Shown: positions 30,008-43,578, counted from the stretch's first letter. The stretch: DNA of 64,000 nt from the human T2T-CHM13v2.0 reference genome, Homo sapiens (GCF_009914755.1 NC_060925.1), one strand, 5' to 3'. Notes: generated by a model from the letters alone, not told the origin. Numbers and translations are program-made.

Positions 30008-33000
30008 TCAGAATTTTTTATATTTGATGAAGTCTATCTTATCAATAATTTATTTTATAAATCTTGCCTTTGATTTTGTACCTAAAAAGTCATTGTCTAA
30101 CCGAAGGTCATCTACATGGTCTCCCATGTTATCTTCAAAGAGTTCTGTAGTTTTGTATTTTACATTGAGGTTTATGATCCATCTTTAATTAATTTTTAAT
30201 GGGTGTAAGGTTTGTTTCTAGATTCACTTTTTTACATATGGAAGTAGGGTGGTATAAATATCATTCGTTGAAAGGACTATCCCTTCTCCATTATATTGCC
30301 TTTGCTCTTTTGTCAAAGATAAGTTGGCTATATTTACGTGTGTCTATTTCTGGGCTCTCTATTCTGTTCCAGTGATCTATTGTCTATTATTTTAACAATA
30401 TCACACTGTCTTGATTACTGCAGCTTTACAGTAAGTCTTAAAATCAGGTAGTCCGAGTCCTCCAACTTTGTTGTTCTATATTATGTTGGTTAATCTTTTG
30501 CCTCTCTATATAAACTTTAGAATCAGTTTGTCAATATCTATAAAATAGTTTCCTGAGATTTTGATTTGGGATTGTACTGAATCTATAGATCTAATTGGGA
30601 AGACCTGACATCTTGAAAATACTAAGTCTTCTATTTGGAAACCCGGAATATGTCTCTATTTATTTAGCTTTTTTTATTTATTTCATCACAGTTTCATAGT
30701 TTTTCTCATATACATATTATACCTATTTCATTAGATTTATATCTAAGTATTTCGTTTTTAAGGATGCAAATGTAAATGGTATACTTTTAATTTCAAATTC
30801 TAATCATTTATTGCTATTGTAAAGGAAAGTGGCTGACTTTTGTTTATTAATCTTATATCCTTTTTTGCCAAAATTGTGTATTAGTTCCAGGAGTTTTTCT
30901 GTTGATTCTTTGGAATTTTCTACATAGACAATTCTGCCACCTGCTAACAAAGACAGTTTTATTTCTTCCTTCTCTGTATACATTTCCTTTCCTTTTCTTG
31001 TCTTATAAATTGCATTTGTATTCTTTTTAAGGTGTTCCCTTCCCTACAAATATTGTATCACTTGGACTATTTTAAGATTATTTTAATAGGCACTCAACAA
31101 GATTTTGATGAATTTCAAAATTCCTGGCCTTCAGTGATATGCTTAAACAAAGTAGTAAAAGTCACCAAGGAAAACAGTTCTACCTTAGTGATAATGAAGA
31201 ATTATCTGCAAGTGAATATCCTTTTTTAAATTTTACTTTTTAATATTTTTACTTTGTAAGTACATGGTATATATTTTTTTAATTTTACTTTTTAAATTTT
31301 TTAATATTGTGGGTACATAGTACATTCTTGAGGAACATTTTTAATATTAATTTTCTTGTGTATTCATCCTGTGATTTCTCATCTTTCATTCATCTAGAAA
31401 GTGCATGTATTTCACCACTCCAAATTGACTTTACCAGCATTTTCTCCATAATTTTCACATTACTTTGAAGAAAGGGAGAGATTATATTGATATTTAAAAT
31501 GGAAAGATTGCAATGCAGAGAGGAGCCACAGGATTTTCCCCCAAGTCTCCTCACCTTCTGGAGACAGAAATAGTATAATTTTCTAATCATTATATAGTGT
31601 TCTATAAATGAAAAAAGACAAAGCATTGTAAATAAAAGTATATTTACCAATTCAAATTTGAGGGTAACTCTTGCTTGTTTTAACCCTTCTTGCTAAGAGT
31701 ATATAATGAAAATAAACATAAATGTTTGATAGCTGTAATTATTCCTCAATTACTCTGTTTGTTCTAATTAACCAAACAATAGCAAATATATACCATAGGG
31801 AAGTCATGAGAAGTAAAATACTCTTGGAAATTTTAGAACATCTCTACTAGTTGAAGGATGAATTGTAACAGTATGATTGTATTCTACATACCTCACAAGA
31901 GGATTATACTCTTGCAAGTGTTTACCTTGATTTCATTATCAAATAAAAATAATTTCTGGTAATTTCTAAAGGAATGTTATTTCATCAGTGTAGGTCTAAG
32001 ATAAATCTTAATAAAAATAATACATCAGTTTTTCTTTTGCTCGTTTCAGTTTCTTGAGTTACTTAATTAGTGGGATGAATGTCTCGTTACCTTTTGAATG
32101 CCTGAATGAAGAAATTGCTATTTGTGCATCCAAAAGTAAGTTTCCTGAAATTACATACCTTCTAGGAGATGCTTCTATGTAATTTTCTTTGTTGTTTGTT
32201 TCCTTTTGTAAGACAAGTCAAAGGAAATACTGAGTACATACTAATCACTGCATTCATTCTTTGAAAAGAAATATACTTGGGCTTCTTGACAAATAGTTTT
32301 CTTCATAACAATTAGACCAGGAACACCAAAAGTGAGTACTGTGTTTCAAATGTATTAAAAATGATAAAAACTTCATGTAATGTCAAATTTTTATTTATCA
32401 AAATTATTACTGTATTAGTAATTCTCAAAGATTTTTTTCCATAATTTTCATATTATTAAAATAGACATTGAGAGAAACAACTGGCAGGTTAAAAATACTG
32501 TGTTAGCTGAAATCAGAATATTCTTTCATTCAATTTCCTTTTCAATTTGGTAGGTATTGTTTAGGTACCTCCTATGTCCTAGACACCAGTATGAAAAAAA
32601 AACATAGACTCTCCAGTAACTAGCTCCCTGGATAATAGAGCACTCACATGTCCTAAATATTTTTAATAAACTATATTACTATGTAGCCTGTCTGGAACAG
32701 GGTTAATTTTCACAAACGTTGCTCTCAGAGTATTTGAGAAGGTAAACCCACCTGAAAGAGAAATTGACACCTAAGCCAAACCTTAAAAACAACAATAAAA
32801 AAAACATATATATATTAGACAGTACTTCACCTTTTTAAATACCAACACTGAAAATTAAAAGAGTAATGATTACTTCAGCAATTTATTGTGAAGATTAGAG
32901 TCAATGGTGATAACTTCTTGTGATGAATGCCTTTTCCTTACAAGGCACTCTCTGGGGAACTTAATATTTATATCTCCAATCCTAAAAATCTTCGACTTTA

Positions 33001-33186
33001 GGTATGATTGTTCATTTTCTATACAAAGGAACTGACTCATAAGATTATAGTCTGTGTTATTATGACTAAACAAAGGTTATATTGGATATTTGATAAACCA
33101 ATTGAATAGAGTGGTTAAAACTGACCAAATATAGATGAAAACGTTAAGTGTTTATAGTTTAGTTATAAGAAACTTATCCAAAATCA

Positions 33187-33420
33187 TATGCTCAGGACAC
33201 TTACATTAGCCCACAGATAGGCAAAATAATCTACCACAAAGCCTGTTATAAGATAAAGTACTGAATATTTCATGTAATTTATCGCATACAGTACTGAAAG
33301 TTAAAAATAAAGTAGGTGAATGAGTATTTGAAGTAAGTTTTCTACTAAATGTGCATCACTTTTACACCATTTTAAAGTCAAAAAATCCTAAGTTGAATCA
33401 TTGTAAGTCAGGGACTATAA
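33187..33420 (+). mobile_element. MER47A (Tigger family) DNA transposon, partial
   Basis: tgctcaggacacttacattagcc...gtactgaaagttaaaaa...cattgtaagtcagggac. Confidence 0.85.
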
Positions 33421-33424
33421 GTCA

Positions 33425-34950
33425 CTGTTTTTTAGTACATGGTCAGTTTTGATAAATGTTCTGCAAGTGCATGAAAATGATGCATTCGTTCTATGTTAGG
33501 CTCAGAAAAGTATAGATTTCTTAAATCAATCCAATAAACTTTATACAAATAAACCTTACAAATTTTGAGTAAATTTATGTTGTCATGTGTATAAATGTTT
33601 ATGAATATTACATCTTTTAAGAGTTTTTTATTATTATTTTTATCTTCCAAAACACGTCCTTGTCAATATTATAAAACTTTTTTTTACATCTTTATTTTTA
33701 AAACTCAAAATAAGTTATAATTACTCTGGGATCAATATTTAATTATATTCACAACCATATTTTTACACATTGTTTCTTTTATCTTTCTTTCCACATTTGT
33801 TTCCTTCCTTCTAAAGAATAACTCTTAGTAGATGCAGATGAGAAATCTAAGGTCAGAGTAATTGTCATTTGGTTTTCCAGTAATTTGTTTTCCCTTTATC
33901 TTGAAGTTCTGATTCTCATTATCCTTAGTATTGCACAATATTACCACAACCCTGTGTCTAGGTGAAGACCTTTCATCTTTCCTTTCTTCTGGAAAATTTT
34001 CCACCATAACTGCTTTAAGGCTCCTCCTGTGCCAATCTCTGTCTCTCTACTTTAGGAGCTCCCCTTACATGTGTATTGGAGTCTTAGAAGCTTCTGAACT
34101 TCTCTATTAAACTTTTCATTTATTCGTATCTCTTTATTGTGCTCTGGTTGAATACTCAGATCATATTTTTACTTTTTATTTCTTTAGTTCTGCAATTTAT
34201 GCCTCTATCCAGCCCAAAACTGACCTTTTCTATTGAGATTGTCATTATAGTGTAAATTTACAGTCAACTATTTTTTATATTAAACTCACCGTTGATTTTT
34301 TTATTTTATCTCCTTTTAGGATATTATTTTATACATATTAATTTTAAAGGCCTGATTATAATATTATTTGTGTTTCATTAGGATAAAGTCAGGTACCATC
34401 AGGTAAGTCTTTAAATTATCACTAATAGATTATCTTTCCTAACATAGTTTCTACCTTTTTGTTTCTCATTTACGTTGAGTGAATTTTATTCTCTTTCGGG
34501 GCACTCCCCCTATGGCTTTGTATCAGGTGTGTGTGGCCTTCAATCAACAATACTCCTATCCCTCTCTCCCACTGCAGAACCAAGTTTCTTAAAGTCCAGG
34601 GCTCCAGTCCAAGGTGATTAGAGGCATCACAGAACCAAATCACTGTACCATAGACACATGCCCACAATACCTGCTGTACAGCTTTCTCTACTTTTTTCTG
34701 CAGCTTTCTATAAGCCTCAGCTCTGTACAGCAGTTGCACCTATTTTTTATTAAACTTTCTATGAGGTGGAGCTGAGTCCAGTCCTCTACCATGCAAGATG
34801 TTTTTGGCACTTAAGTTTATCTTAGACCACTCCCCAGCAGAAGTTAGCAGAGAATAACCTAGTCCCCATGTTTTTATACCATTTCTGGCCCAAAAGGTAT
34901 TTATATTTCTTTTTCAGTTCACCTCTTAATTTTTTTTCTACTTTCATTAA
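33425..34950 (-). mobile_element. Old L1M fragments (ORF2, ORF1 and 5' region)
   Basis: atggtcagttttgataaatgttc; ttctggaaaattttccaccataact; T-rich on +. Confidence 0.55.
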
Positions 34951-36086
34951 ATTTTACTTATCATCATTATTTGAAGATAAATGGGTGGCTTAAATGTTAA
35001 CTTACAGCATCATGCCTTTTACAAGTGATTCATGTTGATACAATAATATTGCTTTATACTACCCTATATTATGAGTCATCAAATATTTTTATGAAAGTAT
35101 ATACATTTTTAAGTTGTTGAAGCTTAAACCAACGAATCCTTTAAAACTGTAAATTGGCAACGAAATAGTATAAATTTACATTTATTTTTAAAAACTAATG
35201 TAGAAAAAAGTAACCGCAAATAATTTTAACCATGCGATTTCGTTAAATTTCAAAGTTATTGCCCCCAAATCACGGTAGCTTATTTTTAAGTCCTAGATAT
35301 TAAGATACAGTTTTAAAACAAACTAAAATATTGTAATAAAAATCATCTAGCAATTCATCTGGCCCCACAGTTCTATTATAAATCATTGTGCCAGTAAGGA
35401 ATATTTTAATAGATTTCTAAAGATTTTTGGAGAAGAATGTCAGATATTTAGTGAATTCTATCAAGACATTATTCTTTTCTATTAATCACTGCATTAAGAG
35501 TAAAAGGAGAGACACAAATCAAATCTTCAAAGATGTTACTTGTATTTGCATTCCAGACAGACACATTTTACCAGGGTAAAAAATATTTATCTTATTAGTG
35601 CTTAATGCATATTTTTCATCTATATCTTACTTCTCTCAGAAATAATTCACCTTTGTGTTTGAGGGTTGGGTATTGGTTAAAGACATTCACAAATAATTGA
35701 ATAGTACTATTTTAAATAGAAGTAGTATAGAGAAATCCCATTTAAAGTGATAAAACTTTGGGATAATAGGGCAAGTGTGATATATCATTAATCTAACAAA
35801 TATAGTTTAATCTATATCCTATTTATAAATGACCTGCAAAAAGTTATTAGCTATATATATTAGTAATTTTTCATTATCATGATAATTTATCTTAGTTATA
35901 GATTACAAAATGAACTGATAGATTTTATTGATCAGTTTGTCAAACTGTATCATAAATGTGCTAGGTTTATTCCTAAATTTATTTGTATACCAGCTTTCAC
36001 AAAATCATACTTAGGCATTCCAAAATAAAATAAAACTGCAGATAAACACTTAACGCTTCAAGGCTCCTCGTCACATAGACCCCCCC

Positions 36087-36382
36087 TTTTTATTTATTTA
36101 TTTTTTGAGATGGAGTCTCGCTCTGTCGCCAGGCTGGTGTGTAGTGGCGCAATCTCGGCTCATTGCAACCTCTGCCTCCAGGTTCAAGTGATTCTCCTGC
36201 CTCAGCCTCTTGAGTAGCTGGGACTAAAGGTGCACACCACCACAGCTGGCTAATTTTTTTTATTTTTAGTAGAGATGGGGTTTTACCATGTTGGCCAAGA
36301 TGGTCTTGATTTGACCTTGTGATCCGCCTGCCTCGGCCTCCCAAAATGCTAGGATTAAAGGCATGACCCACCACGCCTGGCC
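36087..36382 (-). mobile_element. AluSc-like
   Basis: ctgtcgccaggctgg (1-nt deletion typical of AluSc) and TSD-like atagacccc on both sides. Confidence 0.93.
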
Positions 36383-36779
36383 CATATAGACCCCTTCTAA
36401 GGCCTTGTATTTAAATTTTTCAGTAGTGCTGTAATGTAATTTCTAAAGAAGGAACCCAACATTTTGTTATCTGAAGCCCCATAAAACTTAAGATTCATTC
36501 CTGGCTACAGAAGTTAAAAAAGAAAAGACAAAAAAAAAAAAAAAAAAACAACTAAGCCGTATGTGTTGGTCTTACCCAACCTATTTCAATGTAGTAGCTT
36601 CATATCTAACAGAAAAACAAGGACTTGTGAGGTATGGTGACCAAGTATATTTGGCTAGCCTAGAAGATGCAACAGATACTGCTGTGGCCTTACAGCCAGA
36701 AAACCAGGGTTTACATTGAGCGCCTCTGTCTTTGACTAGTAACATTACCTGGGGCAAGTAAGAGTTTGTGAAATAATGA

Positions 36780-36970
36780 AAATTAAACCACTAGCTTTGT
36801 ATTCCAGATTTGCCTCTCACTACATGTGAGGTTGTGGAAGTTAATTAATTTCCTGGAGTTTCCTGTTACTCATATGTAAAATGGAAATAATAACATTATT
36901 TGGAGAGTTATTCTGAGGATTAATCAAGCTCTAAATAAAGTACTCAACATTGTGCAGGACACTGGGAGTT
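36780..36970 (+). mobile_element. MIR SINE
   Basis: ctcatatgtaaaatggaaataataac...tctgaggattaatcaag..taaagtactcaacattgtgc. Confidence 0.7.
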
Positions 36971-38796
36971 TATTTAACATTAGCTGTGATTTTGTAATCA
37001 CTTTGATTCTTAGTTTCCTTATGTCCAAAATGGGAAAAAAATTACCTGGTTTGCATGCCCTCAAGCGTTGTTTATCAGCATTTTTGAGTGAGATATTACA
37101 AAAATGCACTGAAGCACTATGCAAAGTACAATATAACTGCATTTTCTCCTTGCCTGATACTTTTCTTTGCACTAAGGTCTAATCACCTCCAAAACCATGT
37201 GACAAAAATTAATGAAGATTGGACAATAAGTCCAAGGATGCCAATGTAAACCTATATGTCTCATTACATTTACTACATTATTTCAATTGTTGGCTTTATT
37301 TCCTGAGAAACTACAATGTTCCCTAGGACTTGTAGTAAAGAAGCAGTCTACAACAACACACAGTGCTGATCAATGCCCAATCAATGTTAGTTTGATTAAC
37401 TGAATCCTTACCTAGTGGGCTCTTACTACACTGGGTATTCACATAAGCCAGTTTGCCTGGGGTGGTGTTAGTTTACTCCTGCTGTACTGGACTGATTATT
37501 AATAATGTCCTGATCATTATCTAACCTATCTCGGTCATTTGATCATCTTACTTATAAAGCAATCAACATAATACACAGCTAGAGTATTTCCAACCTCACT
37601 TTTCAGTTTATGCACAAATACTCATCTTTTTGATGACTGTTTTTAATACGGGGCTTGCACTTAATATTTCTGTCTCCACTCTTCTATTTGATAGATGAAA
37701 TTTATCACAGAAATACATTATTTCAGAGCACACCTGCAATACTCTATTGTTCATTAGAATACATATGTCTATGTTCTCCTAAAATAGAGTTGTAGAATAC
37801 AAAAGTTTAAGAATTTCAGTGACTGCCATAACCAAGGTGAAGATATGGTAGAAGTAATATTTGCTCTATTAAAACAATCATATACTAATTTGAGTGAACA
37901 AGTTCCTTCTCCATTCCCAATTCTTCAAAACTGTTTATTATCGTTTTTAAGCAAAACATAAATGTTGATGTAATTTAAATAATTGTTAAATGTTCTCTAA
38001 TGTAGTCTCATAACACTTGACATTTTTAATTGTATTAGTGTATATTTACCAGACTAATTTAACTCAAACTGTGTCTACCCTTGATAAAATATAGAAATAA
38101 ATGTTTACAGTCCCTTGGAATATATAGTATATTCTTTCTTTAACCCTTAAGAAATATCCCATCATCATGTTATTAAGGCATAAGAATAGTTAACAAAATT
38201 CTGAAAATGGTAAATCAAGAATAAAACACCCCATCATATATAAAAATATAAAACTGTAGCAATTAATACATTTTGTGTCAGTGAATGGATGCATAAATAG
38301 ACCAATGTAAAAAAAATAGAGCTCCAAACCCTGCCAAAAAAACAAAAGCAGACAAATTCATACATATGATCTTACTGTATAAAATCAGAGTTATTACAAA
38401 TCAGTGTGGAAACAACAAACTACACAATAAATGGAATTGAGTTAACTGGCTTTCTGTAGAGAATCCAGGGTGGGTGTGTTATATCCCTAGATCCCTCCAT
38501 CACCACACATATGACACAATGTACAAAGAATAAACTTTTTAAAAAAAGATGAGGAAGATGAATGGTCAATAAACAGATGAGAAAGTTTCTAAACTTCAAC
38601 ATTCATTTGAGAATTCCACATTCTTTGTACAATTATTTCTTAGGAAACATAAAACATAGACCATATTCATCAATGAATCAGAGTGCTTGACTTGGGAAGG
38701 GAATATCATGGCCTTTAGCATTTTATCTATAATATATGTTCAATCTAAAGCAAATAAAACAAAATACATTTTATCAATTACATGAAAAAATTCAAT

Positions 38797-39076
38797 TTTT
38801 TATTTTTTATTTTTAATTATTATTAATACATATTAGTGTCAAATGTGTATGGTGTACATGTGATGTTTTGATAGATGCATACAATGTGTAATGATCAAGT
38901 CAGGGTAACTTGAGATATCCAACACTTCAAGCATTTGTCATTTATTTGTGTTAATGAAAAATCCAATTCAATTCCAGATAGTTAATGGGTATGAAAATAC
39001 ACTTACATGGAATAAGATCTACTGTTCAGTAGCACAATAGTGTAACTGTAGTTAATTATTTATTGTATATTTCAAA
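38797..39076 (-). mobile_element. L1MA 3' end with an inverted 5' segment
   Basis: 38797-38975 is the extreme 3' end on -. 38976-39076 is the adjacent upstream L1MA sequence on +. Confidence 0.7.
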
Positions 39077-39317
39077 GTATTTATTGCATTACTGCAAATA
39101 GTATATGCTGATACGACAAGGATTGAGTAAAGTCAAATGAGAGGTGATAGTTTAGAAACCTGCTGAGAGACAAAAAGTAAAATAAAAAAAATGTTTAAAA
39201 ACATAAAAAAGGAAAATCTACAGATACCTCTTTTCTGAATGAGTCACCTGATTTCATCTACAATTGCTTGTCAGTTCCATTCTCTTTTTTGGCTTAAAAC
39301 CACAGAAATTTCTTACA

Positions 39318-40241
39318 TTTTTAAATATTTCAATAGTTTTTGGGGAACAGGTGACTTTTTGTTACACTGGTAAGTTCTTTAGTAGTGATTTCTGAGACTT
39401 TGGTGCACCCATCACCCAAGTAGTGTACACTGTACCCAATGGGTTGTCTCATCCCTCATCCTCCCACCCACCATTTCTCTTCCCCCTAAGTCCACAAAGT
39501 CTATTGTATCATTCTTATGCTTTTGTGTCCTCACAAGTCAGCTCCCACTTATGAGTGAGAACATATGATGTTTGGCTTCCATTCCTGAGTTACTTCATTT
39601 AGAAAAATGGTCTCCAACTCCATCTACATTGCAGCGAATGCCATTATTTTGCTCCTTTTTATGGCTGAGTAGTATTCCATGGTGTGTGTGTGCATGTGTG
39701 TGTGTGTGTGTTTGTATCACATTTTCATTATCCAACCATTGACTGATGTGTATTTGGGCTGGTTTCACATTTTTGCAATTGTGAATTGTGTTGCTATAAA
39801 CATGTGTGATCAAGTATCTTTTTCATATAATGACTTCTTTTCCTCTGGGTAGATACGCAGTAGTAGGATTGCTGGATCCAACGTTAGATCAACTTTTAGT
39901 GCTTTAAGAAATTTCCACACTGTTTTCCATAGTGGTTGTACTAGTTTACTTCCCACCAGCAGTGTGAAAGTATTCCCTTTTCAACACATCCATGCCAACA
40001 TCTATTATTTTTTGATTTTTAAATTATGATCGTTCTTGCAGGAGTAAGGTGGTAGTGCATTCTGGTTTTAATTTGCATTTCCCTGATGACTGGTGATGTT
40101 GAGTATTTTTTCACATTTTTGGTGGCCATTTGTATATCTTATTTTGAGAATTGTCTATTTGTGTCCTTAGCCTACTTTTTGATGGGATTTTTTTTTTCTC
40201 GCTGATTTGTTTGAGTTTCTTGTAGATTCTGGGTATTAGTA
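39318..40241 (-). mobile_element. L1PB 3' end
   Basis: tatttcaatagtttttggggaacaggtg..taagttctttagtagtgatttctgaga..ggtgcacccatcacc, followed by ORF2 C-terminal DNA. Confidence 0.9.
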
Positions 40242-41654
40242 CAATAAAAGTATAAAATCTAAATATAAGTAAAGTGCTAAGAGGTATATATCATAAGATG
40301 GTATATTTCACAGATATCAGAAAAATCTTATAAAATGTTTTTGTGAAATAAATTTTATATTTAGATGTCAATATCATAATCCAGTATATTCCTGAAAATT
40401 CAGAATTGAGGTGGTAATTTTAAGTATAAATTTTCCAGCTCTCATTCATTTTGACACACAAATCCTGGAAGACTGGGATTTTTTAATTTTAATATTTCTA
40501 AATTGCCTCCATAATTTTTTAATCAGTAGAAGAGAACTGATTTGACATGCAGCTAATTTTCTATGTAAAATCGTTTTTTTTCAAACTTTAGGCAATGGGT
40601 AGAAAGATGCATTCTCATTTCCTTCTGCTTTTCCAACAATTCATTAATTAAATTTCAGAGGCAATGAGAGTCTAGGTGGTCTATTAAATGTAAATAATAT
40701 ATAATTCTTTCAAAATTCCAATAAATACACAAATATTTTCAAAATAAAATTTTCAAGGGTTATATTTGTGCAGAGAAATTCAAAAACCATCATGTGACTG
40801 ATAAAATCTATACTAAACTATTATTTCCCAGTTATTTTATTGAAACAATGTCATGATAGGATTAAAATATTACTAGGGAAAAAAAGTGCCTCCTAGAGTG
40901 AGTCACAATCACCCCGGTAGCCTGTTTACTACATGAACACACCAGTGTGTGAAGGAAGGTGGCTTTTTCACACTGCAAATGTGGAAACAGCAAAAGGCTG
41001 AATAGGAATGACAACACAAGATCCACCCCCAACCCTGCCAAAAAAAAAAAAAAAAAAAAAAAAGCAGCTGGCCTCCTGATTCTACATAAGGCTATGCATC
41101 ATGTGATTTATTCCTTTTCCACTATGGTCCCTCCAAATCACATGCTCATGTTAAACTGGAGAAGAATAAGGTATGTACCTAACCAATAATGGCAGACTAC
41201 TGAGTTGGTATTTTAAAAATCACTTATAAGTCACAGGAAAAACAATTTTGAAAAATACCATACTATTGTAATCTGCTTTCCTAACCTTTGCTTAATTTGG
41301 TTGAAAAAATAGATTTGTATTTCTTTAAAGGTCAAAAAACAATCATTGTTTTATCAAACAATCAAAATATAAAATTATTTGCATCATATTACACTTCAAC
41401 TTAAATACTCATGTCAATAGTAGTTTGAAAGAATAACATTTCGCATTTTGTACTTTTTTCCGTGAATATCAGTGAAAACGGAGTTACTCGTTTTGTTGTT
41501 TTTTTAACTTCCTAATAACTTTGACAGTTGGGTAAATTTAAGTAAACCACACACTGACCTAGGGAATACAGGACTTTCTAAAATCAGGCACCCTAATCGG
41601 CCAACCCAAAAAAAAGGACAAAAAGCTTTTCTCAGTAGTTCCCACGAGGACATT

Positions 41655-41660
41655 TTTAAT
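41655..41660 (-). terminator. Polyadenylation signal (ATTAAA) for the short isoform; cleavage predicted near 41630-41640
   Basis: ATTAAA on the - strand followed ~30 nt later by a U/GU-rich element (GCTTTTTGTCCTTTTTTTTGGGTTGG). Implies a 3' UTR of about 1.1 kb. Confidence 0.7.
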
Positions 41661-42009
41661 TTATAATTTGATATTGAAATTACAATTATACAAACTATAA
41701 TTGGAATGAAATAAGCAGATACATTCCTATTCTAAATTCCTTGATTCACTTAAAATGCATCTACTGCAGTCCTAATCTATGCATAACTCTTCATTAGGTG
41801 ATACTTATGGCAAGACCTAAGTGTGACCACTCTCAAATTTTAGTGAGTTTCTAATAAATTCTGTTCTGAAGGCACATGTCTCTGTCTTAAATAGACTCTG
41901 CTCTGGGAATGAGTGGTAGAACCAAGTAAGAGTTCCCAGAGGGACAGTGTTCCCAGAGAAAAGAATTAAAACCATGTGAGAGTTTCCAGAGGAATAATGT
42001 ATTTCCCTG

Positions 42010-42023
42010 TCTCTCTCTCTCTT

Positions 42024-42069
<46 letters not shown>

Positions 42070-42073
42070 ACAC
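42010..42073. repeat. Compound (CT)n(CA)n microsatellite within the short-isoform 3' UTR
   Basis: Seen directly. Confidence 0.95.
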
Positions 42074-42761
42074 CTCTCATGACCAGATCAATTACTAATG
42101 ATATCATTTTAATTCATTTTGTTTTAAAATGCTGTGTTAGTTGATATACATACTATGTGACCTTTCACTTACTGCATCTGTGAAAGCTTGCCCTGGTTTA
42201 ATGAAGAGGCAATGGGTCCCCAAAGAAAAGTGAGGAGGAATTCAAGTGAATCTTCTCCATCAACTAAGGATTTTCACAGGTAGTAAAGATCATACTTCGT
42301 AGTGGTCAGGTAAGCCTAATGCAATTTTGAATTTGGTAAGAAAAGAAATTAAATCCCAGAATTTATTGCAACAATCCACAACCTCGAATTGTTTCTATTT
42401 TCTTATTCCCAGGAGCTCTTCTTTAGAATTAACCTGTCAGAAAGCAGGAAGGGAATAACCCTGATTTATTACTAAGAGCAAAGTGAGACTTAAGCTTGAG
42501 GAATATTATGGGAAGGGTCCCAAAATGAAAGAACACATTGTGTTTATGCTGACAAAACCAGATCAGTAAGTCATTAACTAAAAATCTAGGTTGACGGGCA
42601 CTTAATTTGACCTTCTAGCCAACTAGTCTCCAAAGATTATAAAATCTTACTATACCCTTCATATAAGCTGATCATTTAAATGATACATGGGAATTAACCT
42701 GCTTGTTGACTCCAAATAGGAGACGTCAGAGAGCCCAAGAGTGTCTGAAGAATCAAAGTCT

Positions 42762-42800
42762 TTACAAATGATTCATTAAAGAGAAAGCCAGGATCAAAGT
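42762..42800 (-). CDS. DPYD: Coding part of the alternative terminal exon of the short (173-aa) DPYD isoform: TLILAFSLMNHL*
   Basis: Acceptor tttttctgtttatcccatag|ACT, in frame with exon 5, TAA at 42764-42762. The peptide matches my recollection of the annotated isoform 2 C-terminus. Confidence 0.9.
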   Translation of the reverse strand, partial: TLILAFSLMNHL

Positions 42801-43365
42801 CTATGGGATAAACAGAAAAAAAAGTGCTCTCATTTTATTTCCTTATACATTTTTTACCCAAATAAAAGACCTGCTTCCAATCTATAAGTTCACAAAATCT
42901 AATGACATTATTAATGTGGTTAAATAACATTACTTAGTTTCAGGGTTTTTGAAAATTCTCTAACATTATTACTCAAAGAATACAATGAAATATGCTGTAT
43001 TTCAAGCTTTAAAGATTAAGGAGAGCTTCAGGGAAAATAATCTGTTACAGAAGATAGTCTTTTCATAAGAGGGTCTCCTTGCCATACTTCCACATAAAGT
43101 TAATGAATAAGTTCTATTTTCGGATCATCTAATTTATATAATTTCAGTCAAAGTATTTTAATAACCTGCTGGGATTGCAACTAATTTGACATATGGTTTT
43201 ATACACTTCCTTTTTGTAGCTAAGCTGCTGAATAAAAATAAAGTTTGTTGTACAAAACATACTTGAGCTGTGTGTCACACTAAAAATGTTGGGTATCAAC
43301 AGAGCACCAAGGATTAAAGTTATTTTAAGATATTTGTGCATGGTGATGGTAGTGGGGGGATGTCA

Positions 43366-43578
<213 letters not shown>

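Larger units (their letters stand above)
28230..31005 (-). mobile_element. Old L1 (L1MB/MC-like) 3' region hosting MLT1A, L1PA2 and FLAM
   Basis: ORF2-like peptides (KRQATGWEKIFAK; INKLWYI) and L1M 3' UTR motifs. Confidence 0.85.

Noticed and set aside
38327-41067. Shared motif aaccctgcc(A)n..aaaagcag at 38328 and 41031
   Set aside because: Too short and low-complexity to indicate a duplication or TSD.
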